From Nemertoderma westbladi (lineage: Eukaryota; Animalia; Xenacoelomorpha), in NCBI GenBank assembly GCA_032718475.1, contig JAUCBJ010006642.1, forward strand, positions 1-64,000: a stretch of DNA of 64,000 bases. Reading direction: 5' to 3'. Below, one piece after another: positions 49,501 through 61,013 of the stretch. Positions within the stretch are counted from its first letter, which is position 1, and each line of letters opens with the position of its first letter. The notes beneath the pieces were generated by a model. It saw nothing but the letters and a program-made list of their open reading frames with translations. It was not told where the DNA came from and searched no databases. A program made the translations under genes and the position numbers.

Positions 49501-50611
49501 CCTCCGAATTGCAATATTCTCTACACTGAACGTCAGCCAACTTGCCTGCTCCAGGACACAAGGGACCTCCAGAATTCTCTTTGTGCCTGCGAAGGTGACC
49601 ATTACCATTTACCAGAATATCTTTCTTGCATACAGAGCATCTTGAACGGGCTTGGACACCTATACCTTGCGTGCTGGAAGTCGAATTGTCTGGATTTACA
49701 TCACCAATGAGGCAATCTTCTGAAATGTTAAAACCTTGGGTTTGTGTGGTGCATGGTGCTTTCCCCTCCAAACCACCGTGCTGGGTTGATCCTGGTGTGC
49801 CTGCCTGCGGATTTGTAAAAGGATTCATTCCTTTTGAGCTGGGATTAGGTGCATTGCTGAGAGGAAATGCCGTAATAGGGTTAGCAAACACTATTGTGGC
49901 CAAGTTTAGACGGAGAGACTGGATCGACCTGTCATTGACACCTGATAGTGGGAAGGATGTCTGATAGCACTCATTTGGGTGTTCAACACTAAACTTTGCG
50001 AAGTGGCAGACGTAGATTGCACACTGATGAGAGTCATTAAACTGCAGCTTGGGGGTATGGGGAAGTAATCTAATACCGGAGTGATCTTCATTGTTTAGTA
50101 CTGCTAATGAAACGGCCCAGTCCCTTAAGTCGTGGGTCAGCTTTTCGTGGCTACCACCCAAGGAGTCGAAGCAACGAATATAACCAGCTTTTGGGTGGAA
50201 TGTTAGAAGGATCCAGTGGTTGTTGTTTATATTTACTGGGAAGAGTAAGGTATCATAGTCGAAGATGTTAGTTTTAGCGATCCATTTGGAAATTCTAAAG
50301 GGACCATCTGGAGAATTGAGGACATCGAAAAAACGGCAGTTGAAGGGGCGTGATCGACCATAGGACCTCTCACAGAAGAATCGCAGGAGACCTTCCAAAA
50401 CATTATCGGTCAACCAATTTTTACCAGAGATAGATTCAGTGTCGCGCTTTACAAGAGGGATCCCACATAAAATATTCCCTGGGCTTTCATCGGGTGCCAG
50501 ATCCCTGACTAGTTGACTTTCAGTAAGATCATCTATGTGGATATTAGGTGTTAGTTGGCTTTCAGTTAGATCGATACATGGAACTGGAAGCTGAAATTTG
50601 GGCCTGGCCAT
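46565..50611 (-). CDS. CRE-like non-LTR retrotransposon polyprotein: Ulp1/SENP-like cysteine protease, Zn finger, PHD finger, reverse transcriptase, CCHC knuckle, restriction-like endonuclease
   Basis: Uninterrupted 1348-aa ORF. Protease: WLTDNV, PVNINNNHWIL, FDSL, QFNDSHQC. PHD: CPTC/CANC/HLSC/WFCGTC. RT: LRPIAVG, KIDMKNAFN, QQGDP, YLDD. Knuckle: CKC...HHALSC. RLE: RH, KRPDG, WDATCVD, KRVKY. Confidence 0.92.
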   Translation of the reverse strand: MARPKFQLPVPCIDLTESQLTPNIHIDDLTESQLVRDLAPDESPGNILCGIPLVKRDTESISGKNWLTDNVLEGLLRFFCERSYGRSRPFNCRFFDVLNSPDGPFRISKWIAKTNIFDYDTLLFPVNINNNHWILLTFHPKAGYIRCFDSLGGSHEKLTHDLRDWAVSLAVLNNEDHSGIRLLPHTPKLQFNDSHQCAIYVCHFAKFSVEHPNECYQTSFPLSGVNDRSIQSLRLNLATIVFANPITAFPLSNAPNPSSKGMNPFTNPQAGTPGSTQHGGLEGKAPCTTQTQGFNISEDCLIGDVNPDNSTSSTQGIGVQARSRCSVCKKDILVNGNGHLRRHKENSGGPLCPGAGKLADVQCREYCNSEENSQSDEQLVCPTCSEGNMRKQIVHCANCSVWYHLSCVGLRKKDSESLPHWFCGTCLDRPRTILPDVDPSYSKYLENLASYIAMLKQSIPVLAKIPKGARIMAADALAPLLKEAIDNPVPITWARLLAFSFGALAKPIPATNDHLQPSLTSKVKQQIRDYMASPCLPNPRVPLHTTHQQHKPSNLDEAELIRKRVSAKFMDGDVRGAVRIITSQEGFADHSEDTINALREKHPPAPLDLDLPPPPDDTLAGPVITTKEDVLASIQSFPLSSAAGPDGLRPGHLRDMVSRGTGAAGDKLLSELTRLANTAHRGETPKFAVPIFFGACLCALNKKGGGLRPIAVGNTFRRLVTKTGIKPLSEVLGAELRPTQLGYGTKGGCEAAVHATRQYINGTKEQKVVLKIDMKNAFNSMRRDVFLKAARDRLPSIYPLVWQAYSTPTVLIFGDHIIESATGMQQGDPSGPLLFAVGEEPVTKLVGSELNIWYLDDGTVGGTTESVLSDVVAIIPELAKIGLIVNDAKCELILLNHTPEAATETIHKFSQLLPNIRVLNKVDQVLLGAPLTRDAIEPAIQSKLKSLEVMVDRLVHVDAHQGFTLLKNCLAVPRLQYTLRTSPTFNNTGDLQEFDTVVQDALSSITNVNFQAKSITQGSLPVSLGGLGIRKLEDLALPSYISSLHSTDILVNSVLSNTFGLEPSCDLAGAVKAWREKFSSVEEPSGAARNNQKAWDTISATITQRDLFAKADQVETARLAAAAQVESGLWLHATPIPSLGSNLDREALRIGIAQRVGAPICHKHTCKCGKEVDILGHHALSCRNSMGRFPRHAALNDVLKRSLSRAGLPSVLEPTGLDRGDGKRPDGMTIYPFSKGRCLVWDATCVDTFAPSHIIRSAIEPSSASAAAEELKRVKYRNLGQQYQFEPLAFETTGVFGPSTISVLKDLGRRLIAESGDPRESLWLKQRIGIAIVRGNALCVRGSISAVE

Positions 50612-51714
50612 CGCCAGGCTGAGATAACAGATATGAGGTAAATACTATAAATGAGCGAAAAGATTGTATACTACAAATACTTCCCCCGTTTTCTCTTACT
50701 GTCCAAGAATTATCACCTGTACAATGTACATTGAGAATGCCGTCCACTATGTTATTGTGAAATGCAACTTAAACATAGTAGGCCTAACATACTGTATATC
50801 ATTATTATTTTTAGCTAGTAATTAAAACAAAATTTAATCTAAAAACTTAATCTGAAAATTTGTTTAGTTTAAGTATGAATATCTAAAAAATAGATATTTT
50901 TTAGATATAGATATAGTCGGGATAATATAAGATAAATATATTATATTTTATATATTTTATTATTTTATTTATTTATAATTTATATTTTATTATATATATT
51001 TTATAAAGAGCGTGCTAGGCATGGTCGAACTCATTTTCATATGAGGATCTAAATACTGAGCGTGAAATATTGTGTATTGATGTGTAATAGAGAATATTAT
51101 AGTGTTAATAATCAATATGTAAATATGTATAATTTTATTATTATTAATAAATATATTTGCTCAGCCGAAAGAAGCCAATTTATCTGCATATTCTTTCCGC
51201 CATAAGCTGATGAGCAGTGGTTTAGAGTCTATTCTGCCCCCTAAATTTGAATTATACGGTATAATACATAGACATATGGTTTTAAGCTATCAAAATATTA
51301 TTTTTAATAAATAGAGATGGTTTGACCTCTTGTTTAATGTTGCTTTCACTCTCATTGTATTCAGTTCCTTACACAAAAGTGAATCCAAATTTTATTTTCG
51401 ATCTATTAATTGATTTTGTATATCTTTTGCTACAAAAGTTTATGTACAAATCACTCGGGACACTACAAATAATAATACTACGTTCCATAATATATTCTAG
51501 AACGCCCACATCTCAACTATTTCTCTGCGTATTTCAGATGTTTTAATTTTTGTACTCTTTATCGGAACCGGCCAACCACATTAAGTGATGGTAGCAAATA
51601 ATTGAATACTAAAATAAAAATTATTCACATGGAGGTAAAATTACAAACACAACTGAATTTTGAATCCTATGTTTTTTCGATATTGACTTATCTAAACTTA
51701 TTAAGGTATTTTTT

Positions 51715-51872
51715 AAACAAAAGGATGTTTAATCAGAATAACCAGGTAATTTTCCTTGTGTTAATTTTTAAACAAAATGATGTTTAATCAGAATAACCAG
51801 GTAAATTTCCTTGTGTTAATTTTTCAACAAAAGGATGTTTAATCAGAATAACCAGGTAATTTTCCTTTTGTT
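51715..51872. repeat. 55-bp tandem repeat, ~3 copies
   Basis: atgtttaatcagaataaccaggtaa recurs at 51725, 51780 and 51835. Confidence 0.9.
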
Positions 51873-52274
51873 AAAAAAACACATGTTTAAAATCTAACTA
51901 TATACCTTATTGTTCACTAGAACGCCATCAAGATGGCTTTAAACGAACCTCTCTTACACGGACTCCAAGAAACAGATGGGATTGGAAGATGCAAACCAAG
52001 AATGACTTGCATCAACCAAAAAACTGCCTCCCATCTAATGTAATACACATTCGCCTAGACAAACAAATCATAATCACAATTACTACGATGATGTGTGAAA
52101 TGGTATCCATATCCGCAACCTGAGGAACGGCCCAAAAGATCAGTTTATTCTGCGGAGGGGTCTTTCTGTATTAGATTAATAAAATAAAGAACATAAATTA
52201 CTTAAACCTAATACATTGTCAGTTAGCCTAATAAAAACATTGGAGCAACCAATATAATGTACATGTAGGCCTAC

Positions 52275-52505
52275 TGTGGGGCGAGCCACGAAGTGAGTGA
52301 GCCTTAGAGTAGGGGTACCATTAATCAACCTGTCGTTCTGTCGTTCTGTCGCGTTTTTTTTCAGTATTTTATTTTAAACGTTAATAACTCGGCCAATCCT
52401 TGATGAAATCTATCCAAACTTGGTACACATGTTGTTTGGCAAAAGTTTGAAAATTTTTCCAGTAGAATTTGCGTGGGGCCTTCGTGCAGCAGCAGTGTAA
52501 CTGTT
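52275..52505 (+). mobile_element. Short non-autonomous Helentron-like element
   Basis: Starts TGTGGGGCGAGCCACGAAGT, then a (ctgtcgtt)n microsatellite, and ends GTGGGGCCTTCGTGCAGCA; a related end lies inverted at ~53838-53868. Confidence 0.55.
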
Positions 52506-55500
52506 ATTGCAGTTATAATAAATTAATTTATCCAAAATTAAAATGCGTTAAATTATTATTACTGTAGGATAAATCAGCTGGGTTTCTGACAAATTTTGCA
52601 ATACATCTATGCACCATGTGTACCGGTACTGTCAGGCTGTACTCAATCCCTGAATCGAGAATTCTGCAATCAGTCAATACTGCAATACTGGTCAGTCGGT
52701 ACCATACACTGCAGACATGCCATATCATGTAATCTAATTAAACATGGCCCCGGCAATCCTTGCGGTGATTATAGTTTAGGCCTAATTAGCCCAGTACCGG
52801 TAATAATAATATAATAGTTTAGATAGTTACCGCTAATCATTCAGTCATTGGCACGGTACACCGTATTGCTGTACTGCCGTTGTAGTGCGCACCGTAGGTA
52901 CCACCCTACTACCGGTACCGGCTGACCGGTGGCAACTAGCACATCAGCACTTGCACTGTTGCACAGCAACAGCACTACTGGCGATACACAGGTTGGAATT
53001 TATGTAGAGTTTGCTCAACAGTACAGATATAAAATAGTTATCTAAATTATCTATATTACTATTGACAAGTATTGAAATATATACTGTTCGCGCTTTCGAA
53101 GACCTTTAGCAGTTTAACCTGCCAAAATTTATATGTCTTTTAGTTAATTAAAACCACTTTAGCATACGACAATAATTTATGCTAATACGCAAAACATTAG
53201 CCGAAGTCAGCCCATGCGCAATACAACTTCAAAACACAAACGCCAATAATAAACTGAAAGCGAATCGAACGTCTTCAGAAGAATCTGTCATTGGGACGAT
53301 GAAAAGGAAGCCGAAACCACGGGAATGGACCACAGCTAAGATTTAATGCTCCCATTGTCAGAGTTCATGGACCGAAATTGAAACACCAATTGCCGATGGG
53401 CTTGATCTCTCAAACCAAAACTTCCTCTGCGGGGTTTGCGCGGCAGTAAAGATTGAAAGTCTGGAAGCTGGCATCCCTAGGTATTATTATTATAAAGAGC
53501 GTCAGCATGCGTTTAATAAATATATTTTAATACAAAACAGGTCGAACGCAAAGAGGCTTATAATGAAGACGAGTACTGCATTGATTATATTCCTATAAAC
53601 CACCTGGCTTTGCAAATTGAACGTGCGTTTGGAAATATGTTCGTGCTACCCTTCCGTGGGTGGTAGATGTCGCGGTTATGTATTGGGGGGATGGGGGGGG
53701 GGGGGGGGGGGGGGGTGCAGATTAAAAGGGGTGAACACGTACTGTCCCCCTTTCTTTGATTAATTGGTGGTGTGGGTTAATCTCTCATAACCTGATTTTG
53801 TGATACAGTCGCACAATTTTAATTTGTATCTCATAACTGGGCCTCGTGCTGCGCGAAGGCCCCACGAACGTGTACAAGCCTCCTATGAAAGTTTGTGCTA
53901 TGTTCCCTTAAGTCTACCCAACAGCCGTTGGTACCCGGCTGGCACCCTGGTTCAATTTTCTGGTTTTGTCTAGTTTAATCGACAGCTGTTGTAAACGTCC
54001 CAGATATACAAAACCTACTAAGCCTTTACATTACAATTGAGATTAGCCTGAGTTGATGACAGTATTATAACGATGACAATTAGGCCCTATAGATACATAC
54101 GATATATAAATGATGTACTGCTTGACATTACACTAACTGACTGAATAGAGATAGAACTATAATAATATAACAATAATGTAGTCCGTAACTCAAATTAACA
54201 GTAAGTAGTGAAAAGTTGTTCAGCTGACAAAGTGTAGCTGTGGGTATTTAATTTCGCGTTCCATAATGTTGATAATATGCTAATATTTCGAATATCGCAC
54301 ATCAAATCGTTCCCAACTTTTTTATTCAACAACTAGATACTAATTGATAAATAGTCGCGTTAAAAATTGTTGCGTACCAGCTTGAGTTTTTGAGATATTG
54401 GATTGTTATACACACATACACACATAACCACATCGTGTTTTTAAACGGCTCAACTCTTGACAAGAACTACCCAGTCTAAAGACAGGTTCGTTATAAAATA
54501 GCAGTTTATAGCGTTATGGCATTCGAGTGATGTTCTTTAACAAAACGAGGGCCGGTGAAGCTTTAAAGCGCTGATTATGAATCTGGCAAATGAGTGAATA
54601 TTATGAAAGGCGAATCTATATGTTTATATATGTGTAGGTTATTATTAATTAATAATTATTACGCATTATAAAACTTAAATGTTCTAGTGGAATTGTCACA
54701 GGAAAGCATGGCATGTTAATTATAAACAATTTAATCTCCTACCACAGTAGCGTAATATCACGTTAGGTAATGAATGTAAGAGGCGTTGGTTCGAATTCCA
54801 CCCAAATTATTGTGTTCTAAGTTTTAGGTATTTGGGTAGGTTTTTGGTTTGCGGTAATTAATTATTGTGAAATAGTGTCAAAGTATTCAACGAATTTCCA
54901 CCATCATACATTACATTACATCATTAGGATGTAAATTGGATTAAATTAAATTAAACATGCTTAAACGTTTGTTAAGTATGCGATTTCCTCAAATATGTTA
55001 CTTATCTTTTAATATAAAATGTTGGTGCCTTCCAGAAAATAGAACTTCCAATTTAACAGATATCCTGCCGCCATTACTAGTTGCCTCCAGTGTTTCATGT
55101 TTCACACGTTGACGGATAAGTTTGTTTTTATTGCTTTTATTCTTTGTTACTTTGCCAGTAAAGTATACTTTGTGGCGTTTCGCCTTTCATGACATGAGTC
55201 AGTGGCACTCCCCACCATGATTAAATTCATTGTTATTAGTAAGAAAACACCTCTAGTGTTGCAAACTATTGTTAAGCTAATGATCTGTTGCTATATGTAT
55301 AGTACGTCAGAAGGGTGGGGTGGATTGAAGTCAAATAGGTAATTAGTGAGTTTCCAGTTATTGAAAAGCGTTCAAGTGATGTTTCTGTACCCTGTACTAC
55401 TACTATATATGTACCGCAGAAGAGTACAAAACTGTACCAATGCCGACAGCGCTCAGATAAAAGGTAGACCGGGAAATAGTCCCTCATATCTTGCATGTCC

Positions 55501-56431
55501 ACAATTTACGCACGCATTGCCTCCCGTTGTAAATATACCCATCTGTCAATGTGGATGTTTGCAAGGATTCCAAATAAGTAATAAAATCACAATTTCGTTG
55601 CGAAATAGCTGAGATATGGGCGATCGAATGTTGGAATGTTTCATGGTTTTGCAATCTCGTCAAAAATACACATAATTCTGGAACATTATATCATCTCATA
55701 CGTAGCTGGGCAACAATGCAATGCCTATTTAATCATACTATTATGTAGTTATTCATTCATAAAGAAAATATTCTAGTTCTAGAATATGGTATATTTATTA
55801 AATAGAATATAGCCCAGATGCAAAACCATGCAACTTTTAAACGCCAATATTCCAGCAATTTTTCAACGCGTTAAGGTTTTGTAATAACTGCAGTACGGAT
55901 GGTCCAATATTAGTCTGGTTCCTTTTTGCCGAAATGGTTATGGTGAAGGCAAATTTGGGTAATCAGTGTGTTATGCACACACACACATACACCGTTGGGC
56001 CATCCAACGGTTTAAAGATAAATCGAGTGTGCTGATTCCGAATTCGTCGGATGCCAAGCTCAATTGTGAATTTTTGGGTCCCATATCACCATGGCAACAC
56101 GGGGTCATTTGCAAACACCATTTTATATTGACCCTACAGAATTCCAACTTTGACCTACCCCCATAAACTGGCATCAGATAAACCCGTTGAGGTCGATTTA
56201 AGAATCCAGTTTCCAGGGTAACTGTTCGAAAAACATCTTCAAATGTCGTTTTTACTGCAAATTTCGGTGAATTTTTTGCAAATATCAATAGTTCAATAGT
56301 TTAATAGAAGCCCCCATATAGATTTTTAATTATCAAAAATCCTAAAATTATTAACCTCTAAGGCGAAAATAAAAGAACTAAGAAGAAAGAAGATAAAATA
56401 ACAAAACGATACTAATAATAAAATTTGCCCG

Positions 56432-56570
56432 TTGCAGGACATTGCTTTCACCGTGAGGACCAGCCAGTGCATAATCTTGAGCTTTGGCAGCCTCATGGAG
56501 TGAATAAGCATGGTGGACAGCCCATGACTTTCTTGAGACGCATCTTAGAGGACACTGGCCTTGAAGATGC
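56432..56570 (+). mobile_element. RTE-like LINE 3' fragment
   Basis: AGHCFHREDQPVHNLELWQPHG...DTGL. Confidence 0.75.
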
Positions 56571-57949
56571 AATTCAATGTAATTCAATTCAATTATATTA
56601 TTTCCTGATTAATGATTACGCGCTATAATATAGAAGTATTAGGTAATTGATATCATAAACAACAGGAGCGGACCGGTTATATGGCTAGTGGCAATAGCAG
56701 AGCTAGTGATGGCCTCCGGTTAAACCAATATATTACATAAACCAATATATTATCACCTGCAGCAATTTAAATCATGTTGTCTTTTAGGTGTGTTTTTAGT
56801 GTTTGTTTAAAAATTGTTGCGCATTTTATAATTATAATATTGTTTGGTAGACTGTTCCAGAATAAAGGATCTAAGACGGAGATAGATTGGTGAGCGACAT
56901 GTGATTATGTGTTAGAGGAACCTAAGTTTACCTAGAGCGGACGATCGGGTGTTATAATGATGAAATTCAGATGATTTAGAAAATAGATATGATAAAGGGT
57001 GATTTGTATTTTATTACGCATTAAAAAGTAGTTGACCTAAAGTGAAATTTAAAGAGAGATTCAATGGGAGAATATTTAATGATTTGTAAATAGGGATAGA
57101 GGATGCTTGGTAGTGGCTAAAAGTAATGCAGCGCATTATTTTATTAATTTTGATTCTAAGTGGGCGTATTGTCGTTGTATGTGTGGAACCCCATGCTAAT
57201 ATAGCGTATGTAATATATGGATGTACGAGACAGAAGTAGAGTGTGCGAAGAATTTCAAGGGGAAATAAATATGTGCCTTAATTTATAAAATATGCCTGAT
57301 GTTTTGCAAATTTTAGTGAGAATATAATTAATATGTGATTTCTAATTTATTTTTCGGTCCATCCATACACCTAGAAATTTCGCATATTCTATATGTTTAA
57401 TATTATTGTTTTTTATTTTGACTTTCGGTAAGCTGTCGTGTGGTTGATTACTAGATATTAAATATTCTGTTTTAGTTCGGTTTAGAGATAGGCGGTTGTC
57501 GTAAGGGGTGAAAGAGAGTTAATTCGAGAAACAGATTGTGAGCGGTTTGATATAAAAGCTTTGAAATATATTTTTTGGTGTTCCGCGGATTCCATACGTA
57601 TCTAATTTTTTAATTGAAATGTTGTGATCAAATGATGATAAAAAGTATCGAATGCATTTTTCAGGTCGATATAGATAGCGCAAGCTGAGTTTTTAGAGTC
57701 CAGTACAGATCGAATTTATTCGGTAACCGTTAAGATTGCATATTGATGATGTCGTTGATATTTTTTCCTGAAGCCAAACTGTCGGGATGTTAGAATTGAA
57801 AAACACTCAAGGTAGTTTTGAAGTTGGGAATAAGAATTTGTTCATAAATTTTGCTAAATACCGCTAAGAGAGAAATTGGGCGTTAGTTATTTGGATCGAG
57901 TGGATCACCACCCCCCCCCCCCCCCCCCCCCCCCTTATAGTTTGGTATT

Positions 57950-58730
57950 ATATCAATGGGGGGAGGTTGAGACTGATCTATTATCGAATGACCGAGAGAA
58001 AATTTAGTTGCCAATATTTCAGCCACTATATTATAGATTGCAAAACAAACAATAATATAAATACAGGCCTTCATCAGGGCATACGGAGATTACTCACAAA
58101 TGTAAAAAACTAGACTACTGTCAACCAGCTACCGGTACTACTTACTACAATACTACTGCTACTGTCTGACTGCACCACTACTGTATGTATAATGAACGAA
58201 GAGCACTGAACTACAGTATAACGCAAACATACAGTATGACAAAACGGGATATAATGTAATTTGGAAGCCGAAGAAATTTAAATATTACAAATTTTGCGTC
58301 CGAAAAATTATTAAATTTTGCGTGCAAATCAGAAAAGTGTTATATTTACCGGCACTACCTACCAGCCAGTGTTATGTGGTTGCACGTACTGTGTATTGAG
58401 TGTGGGGTGTAATTGCTGGATGAAATCTTTCTCACTTATTTTCCTATCTGCCCAGTCTTTGCATGTGCGAACTATACGAATTGTGAATGGCTGTGCGATA
58501 CTATGTTGTCCAGGGTGTACGTTGAGAAAATGCTCACCAATGGCTTCCTTGCGATTTCTGCAGCGAACGGAGCTGCGATGCTGCATCATTCTGTTCCTGA
58601 GGCGCCCGGACGTCTCCCCTATGTAATTCTCTTGGCAACTAAATTTTCTCTCGGTCATTCGATAATAGATCAGTCTCAACCTCTCCCCATTGATATGTTT
58701 CCACCGGTGACCCGGGCACGTAAGTTCATC
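57950..58730 (-). mobile_element. 5'-truncated Penelope-like element: GIY-YIG endonuclease end, pLTR with hammerhead motif, inverted terminal segment
   Basis: CQENYIGETSGRLRNRMMQH...IGEHF...EKDFIQQLHPTLN; 57953-58014 and 58632-58694 form an inverted repeat. Confidence 0.85.
58009..58082 (-). ncRNA. Type I hammerhead ribozyme motif in the Penelope pLTR
   Basis: TGCC-CTGATGA-(stem II AGGCCTGTATT...AATATAGTGGCT)-GAAA-TATT-GGCA. Confidence 0.6.
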
Positions 58731-58849
58731 TATAAGTTTGGTATTATTTTAGCGTATTTTAGGCAATCGGGAAAGTTTCCAATAGTAATAGATAGATTGA
58801 TTAAGTAAGTAAGGTGGTGGGCAAGTGGTTCAGCAATGGATGAGAGATA

Positions 58850-59206
58850 CAACTAACATTGGAGGTGTTCCATTAATCTCCCCTAGCTTGACACTTGAAA
58901 GGAACTGCCTCCGCTTTGCAGGACATTGCTTTCGCCGTGAAAACCAGCCAGTGCATAATCTTGTACTTTGGCGGCCTCATGGAGTGAATAAGCATGGTGG
59001 ACAGCCCATGACTTTCTGGAGACGCATCTTAAAGGACAGATGTCATGTTTCATCCTGCTCTCTGTCATGATCTAACAAATGTCATGGGTGATGAGGAATT
59101 GTGGCGGCGCAATTTAGGCCGTTACAAGCCGGCACAGTATTCTTAATACATCTGTAATATATGTATAATGCAGCTGCAACGCAGCATGCCGATCGTAGTA
59201 GTAGTA
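58850..59206 (+). mobile_element. 5'-truncated RTE-like LINE 3' end
   Basis: LRFAGHCFRRENQPVHNLVLWRPHG; tail gcagcatgccgatcgtagtagtag. Confidence 0.8.
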
Positions 59207-60881
59207 GCCCGTTGTTATGGTAACAATAAAACTATGACTTCATGACATAGAACATCAGAACATGACTTCGATTATGATCATGAAGGTTGAATGTATAACA
59301 TTGATTTGCACCTGAAGTACATATAAAATGGTTCTGACGGATATTCTACATAAACTATCTACAATATTATTGGAATGTTTCATGATTTTAGCACAAGCGG
59401 AATACAAATTTGGCAATGATTTAGAAAACGATTGATATTTGCAAAATTTACCGAAATATATAGTAGAAGCGATATTTAAAGGCGTATTTCGAACAGTTGT
59501 CATGTAACCGGGTTCAAATACACACTTCAACTGATTCTCTGATGCCGGTTTATGAGGGAGGGGGGGGGGGGGGGGGGGGGGGGGTGGATGCTGGGGGTTG
59601 GGTGGTCACGAATTCGGTAGGATTAAAAGATAATGGTGTTTTGCAAATGACCTCGTGTTGCCATGGTGAAACGGCACCCAAAAATTCGCAATTGAGCTAG
59701 GCATCAGACGGATTCGGAATCAGCACACTCGATTTAGCTTAAAACCGTTGGATGCCGGCCATTACAGAAATTTGCCTTCGCCATCGCTTTCTAGTCTCAT
59801 TTTCAGGATTTGGAACCAGACTATGTCAACGGAGGAACTTAATAATGACCTTCAGCAACTTAATAACGTAAATAAATCCAATTCCAGCTGTTTGAGATGC
59901 AAACAAGGTGTTAAGAGAGCTCTTGCATCACATTTTGAAACAACGCTTTTTGATTCTCGTTCTCGCAACACTGCAACCAAAACGCTGTGGTGGACCAGCA
60001 TTGAGCATTCACAGCACTGTCACCTCGCGGTCACTTCGAAGTGAACCGGGCTTAAGGAATGATTTATGTATTGACACATACTGATTTTCTGATCTTTCAA
60101 TCATCCATTGACTCGATAGTAATGAATTTACAATTGAAACACATTTTCACTACAAACGCTTGTACAATTCTTCAATGCCTCGACACATATTATTTCCATT
60201 TCGGGACGTCTAGCTGTCGGATTTATACACTCCATGCCATATCATTCATTACTCAGCCGGAAAATACAGCTCGTAAAAAAATTGCAGATGGTCGCAAAAC
60301 CTTAAGTAATATATATACTTATACTTATACCTATATACTTATAGCCTTAAGTAATTATTGTTGAAAATCGATAAATAAGATCCATAACTTATTCATGAAT
60401 ATGACTTCATGCAACTAGAAGCAGAAATAATAGAAATAAAATACAATATTTTATACGTCTAACAATGTTACTGCTACAGAAGAGGCCCTAATTAAAATGT
60501 GCCTGGGTACCGGTTATGAAGCCAGTCTCTTCTCTATTTTATAGGGTTTCGGATTCTCTAGGCTTGTCCACTTGTCTTTTCCTTTTGGAAATTATAATTT
60601 AGAAAATAATATATATTACCTATTTCTTTTACAAAAAGTAGAATTTGTTTTTGTCCGAATTTTTAATCCTCACTTTAGAGGAATAGTAAAAGTATACTTT
60701 GTTGAGGCCGAAGGCCGAGGAAAAGTTGTCCACAAATGCGGACATTAAAGTCTTGATTGTCCGCACTTTTGCGGACAATAATGGGGTATATTAAGGACTA
60801 CTTCCTTTTTGAAAAAAAATATAAATATGATTACATTTTATTTTACATTTAAATTTTAATTTTAATGTTAATTTTTTTATA

Positions 60882-61013
60882 TTTAAATGTTAATTTGATT
60901 AATAATTACCAACGTAATTCATAGATTTGAATAAATAATGCGAAATTAACTGAATTATTTACTTATTGATTGGGAAATTACGTTGGAAATTATTAATCAA
61001 ATTAACATTTAAA
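60882..61013. repeat. Palindrome with ~38-bp arms inside a directly repeated MITE-like unit
   Basis: tttaaatgttaatttgattaataattaccaacgtaatt versus aattacgttggaaattattaatcaaattaacatttaaa; flanked by caaatgcgga.attaaagtctt repeats at 60733 and 61020. Confidence 0.75.

Larger units (their letters stand above)
56650..58805 (-). mobile_element. Degraded CR1/Crack-like LINE RT, interrupted by a Penelope insertion
   Basis: INLSITIGNFPDCLKYAKIIP (58730-58805) continues after the insert as GDPLDPNN*RPISLL, QFGFRK, YIDLKK, YGIRG (57950 downward). Confidence 0.75.
55860..59900. repeat. Pair of inverted ~400-bp repeats (55860-56290 and 59440-59900) enclosing nested LINE/Penelope debris
   Basis: atccaacggttt...tcgagtgtgctgattccgaat...ccatggcaacacg...catttgcaaa is matched in reverse complement at 59630-59760. 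Confidence 0.7.

Noticed and set aside
47283-50091. Small ORFs overlapping the CRE-like ORF
   Set aside because: Antisense or alternate-frame by-products with no recognisable motifs.
53250-53480. Cys-rich fragment (CSHC...FLCGVC)
   Set aside because: Possibly a LINE ORF1 finger remnant, but too short and interrupted to call.
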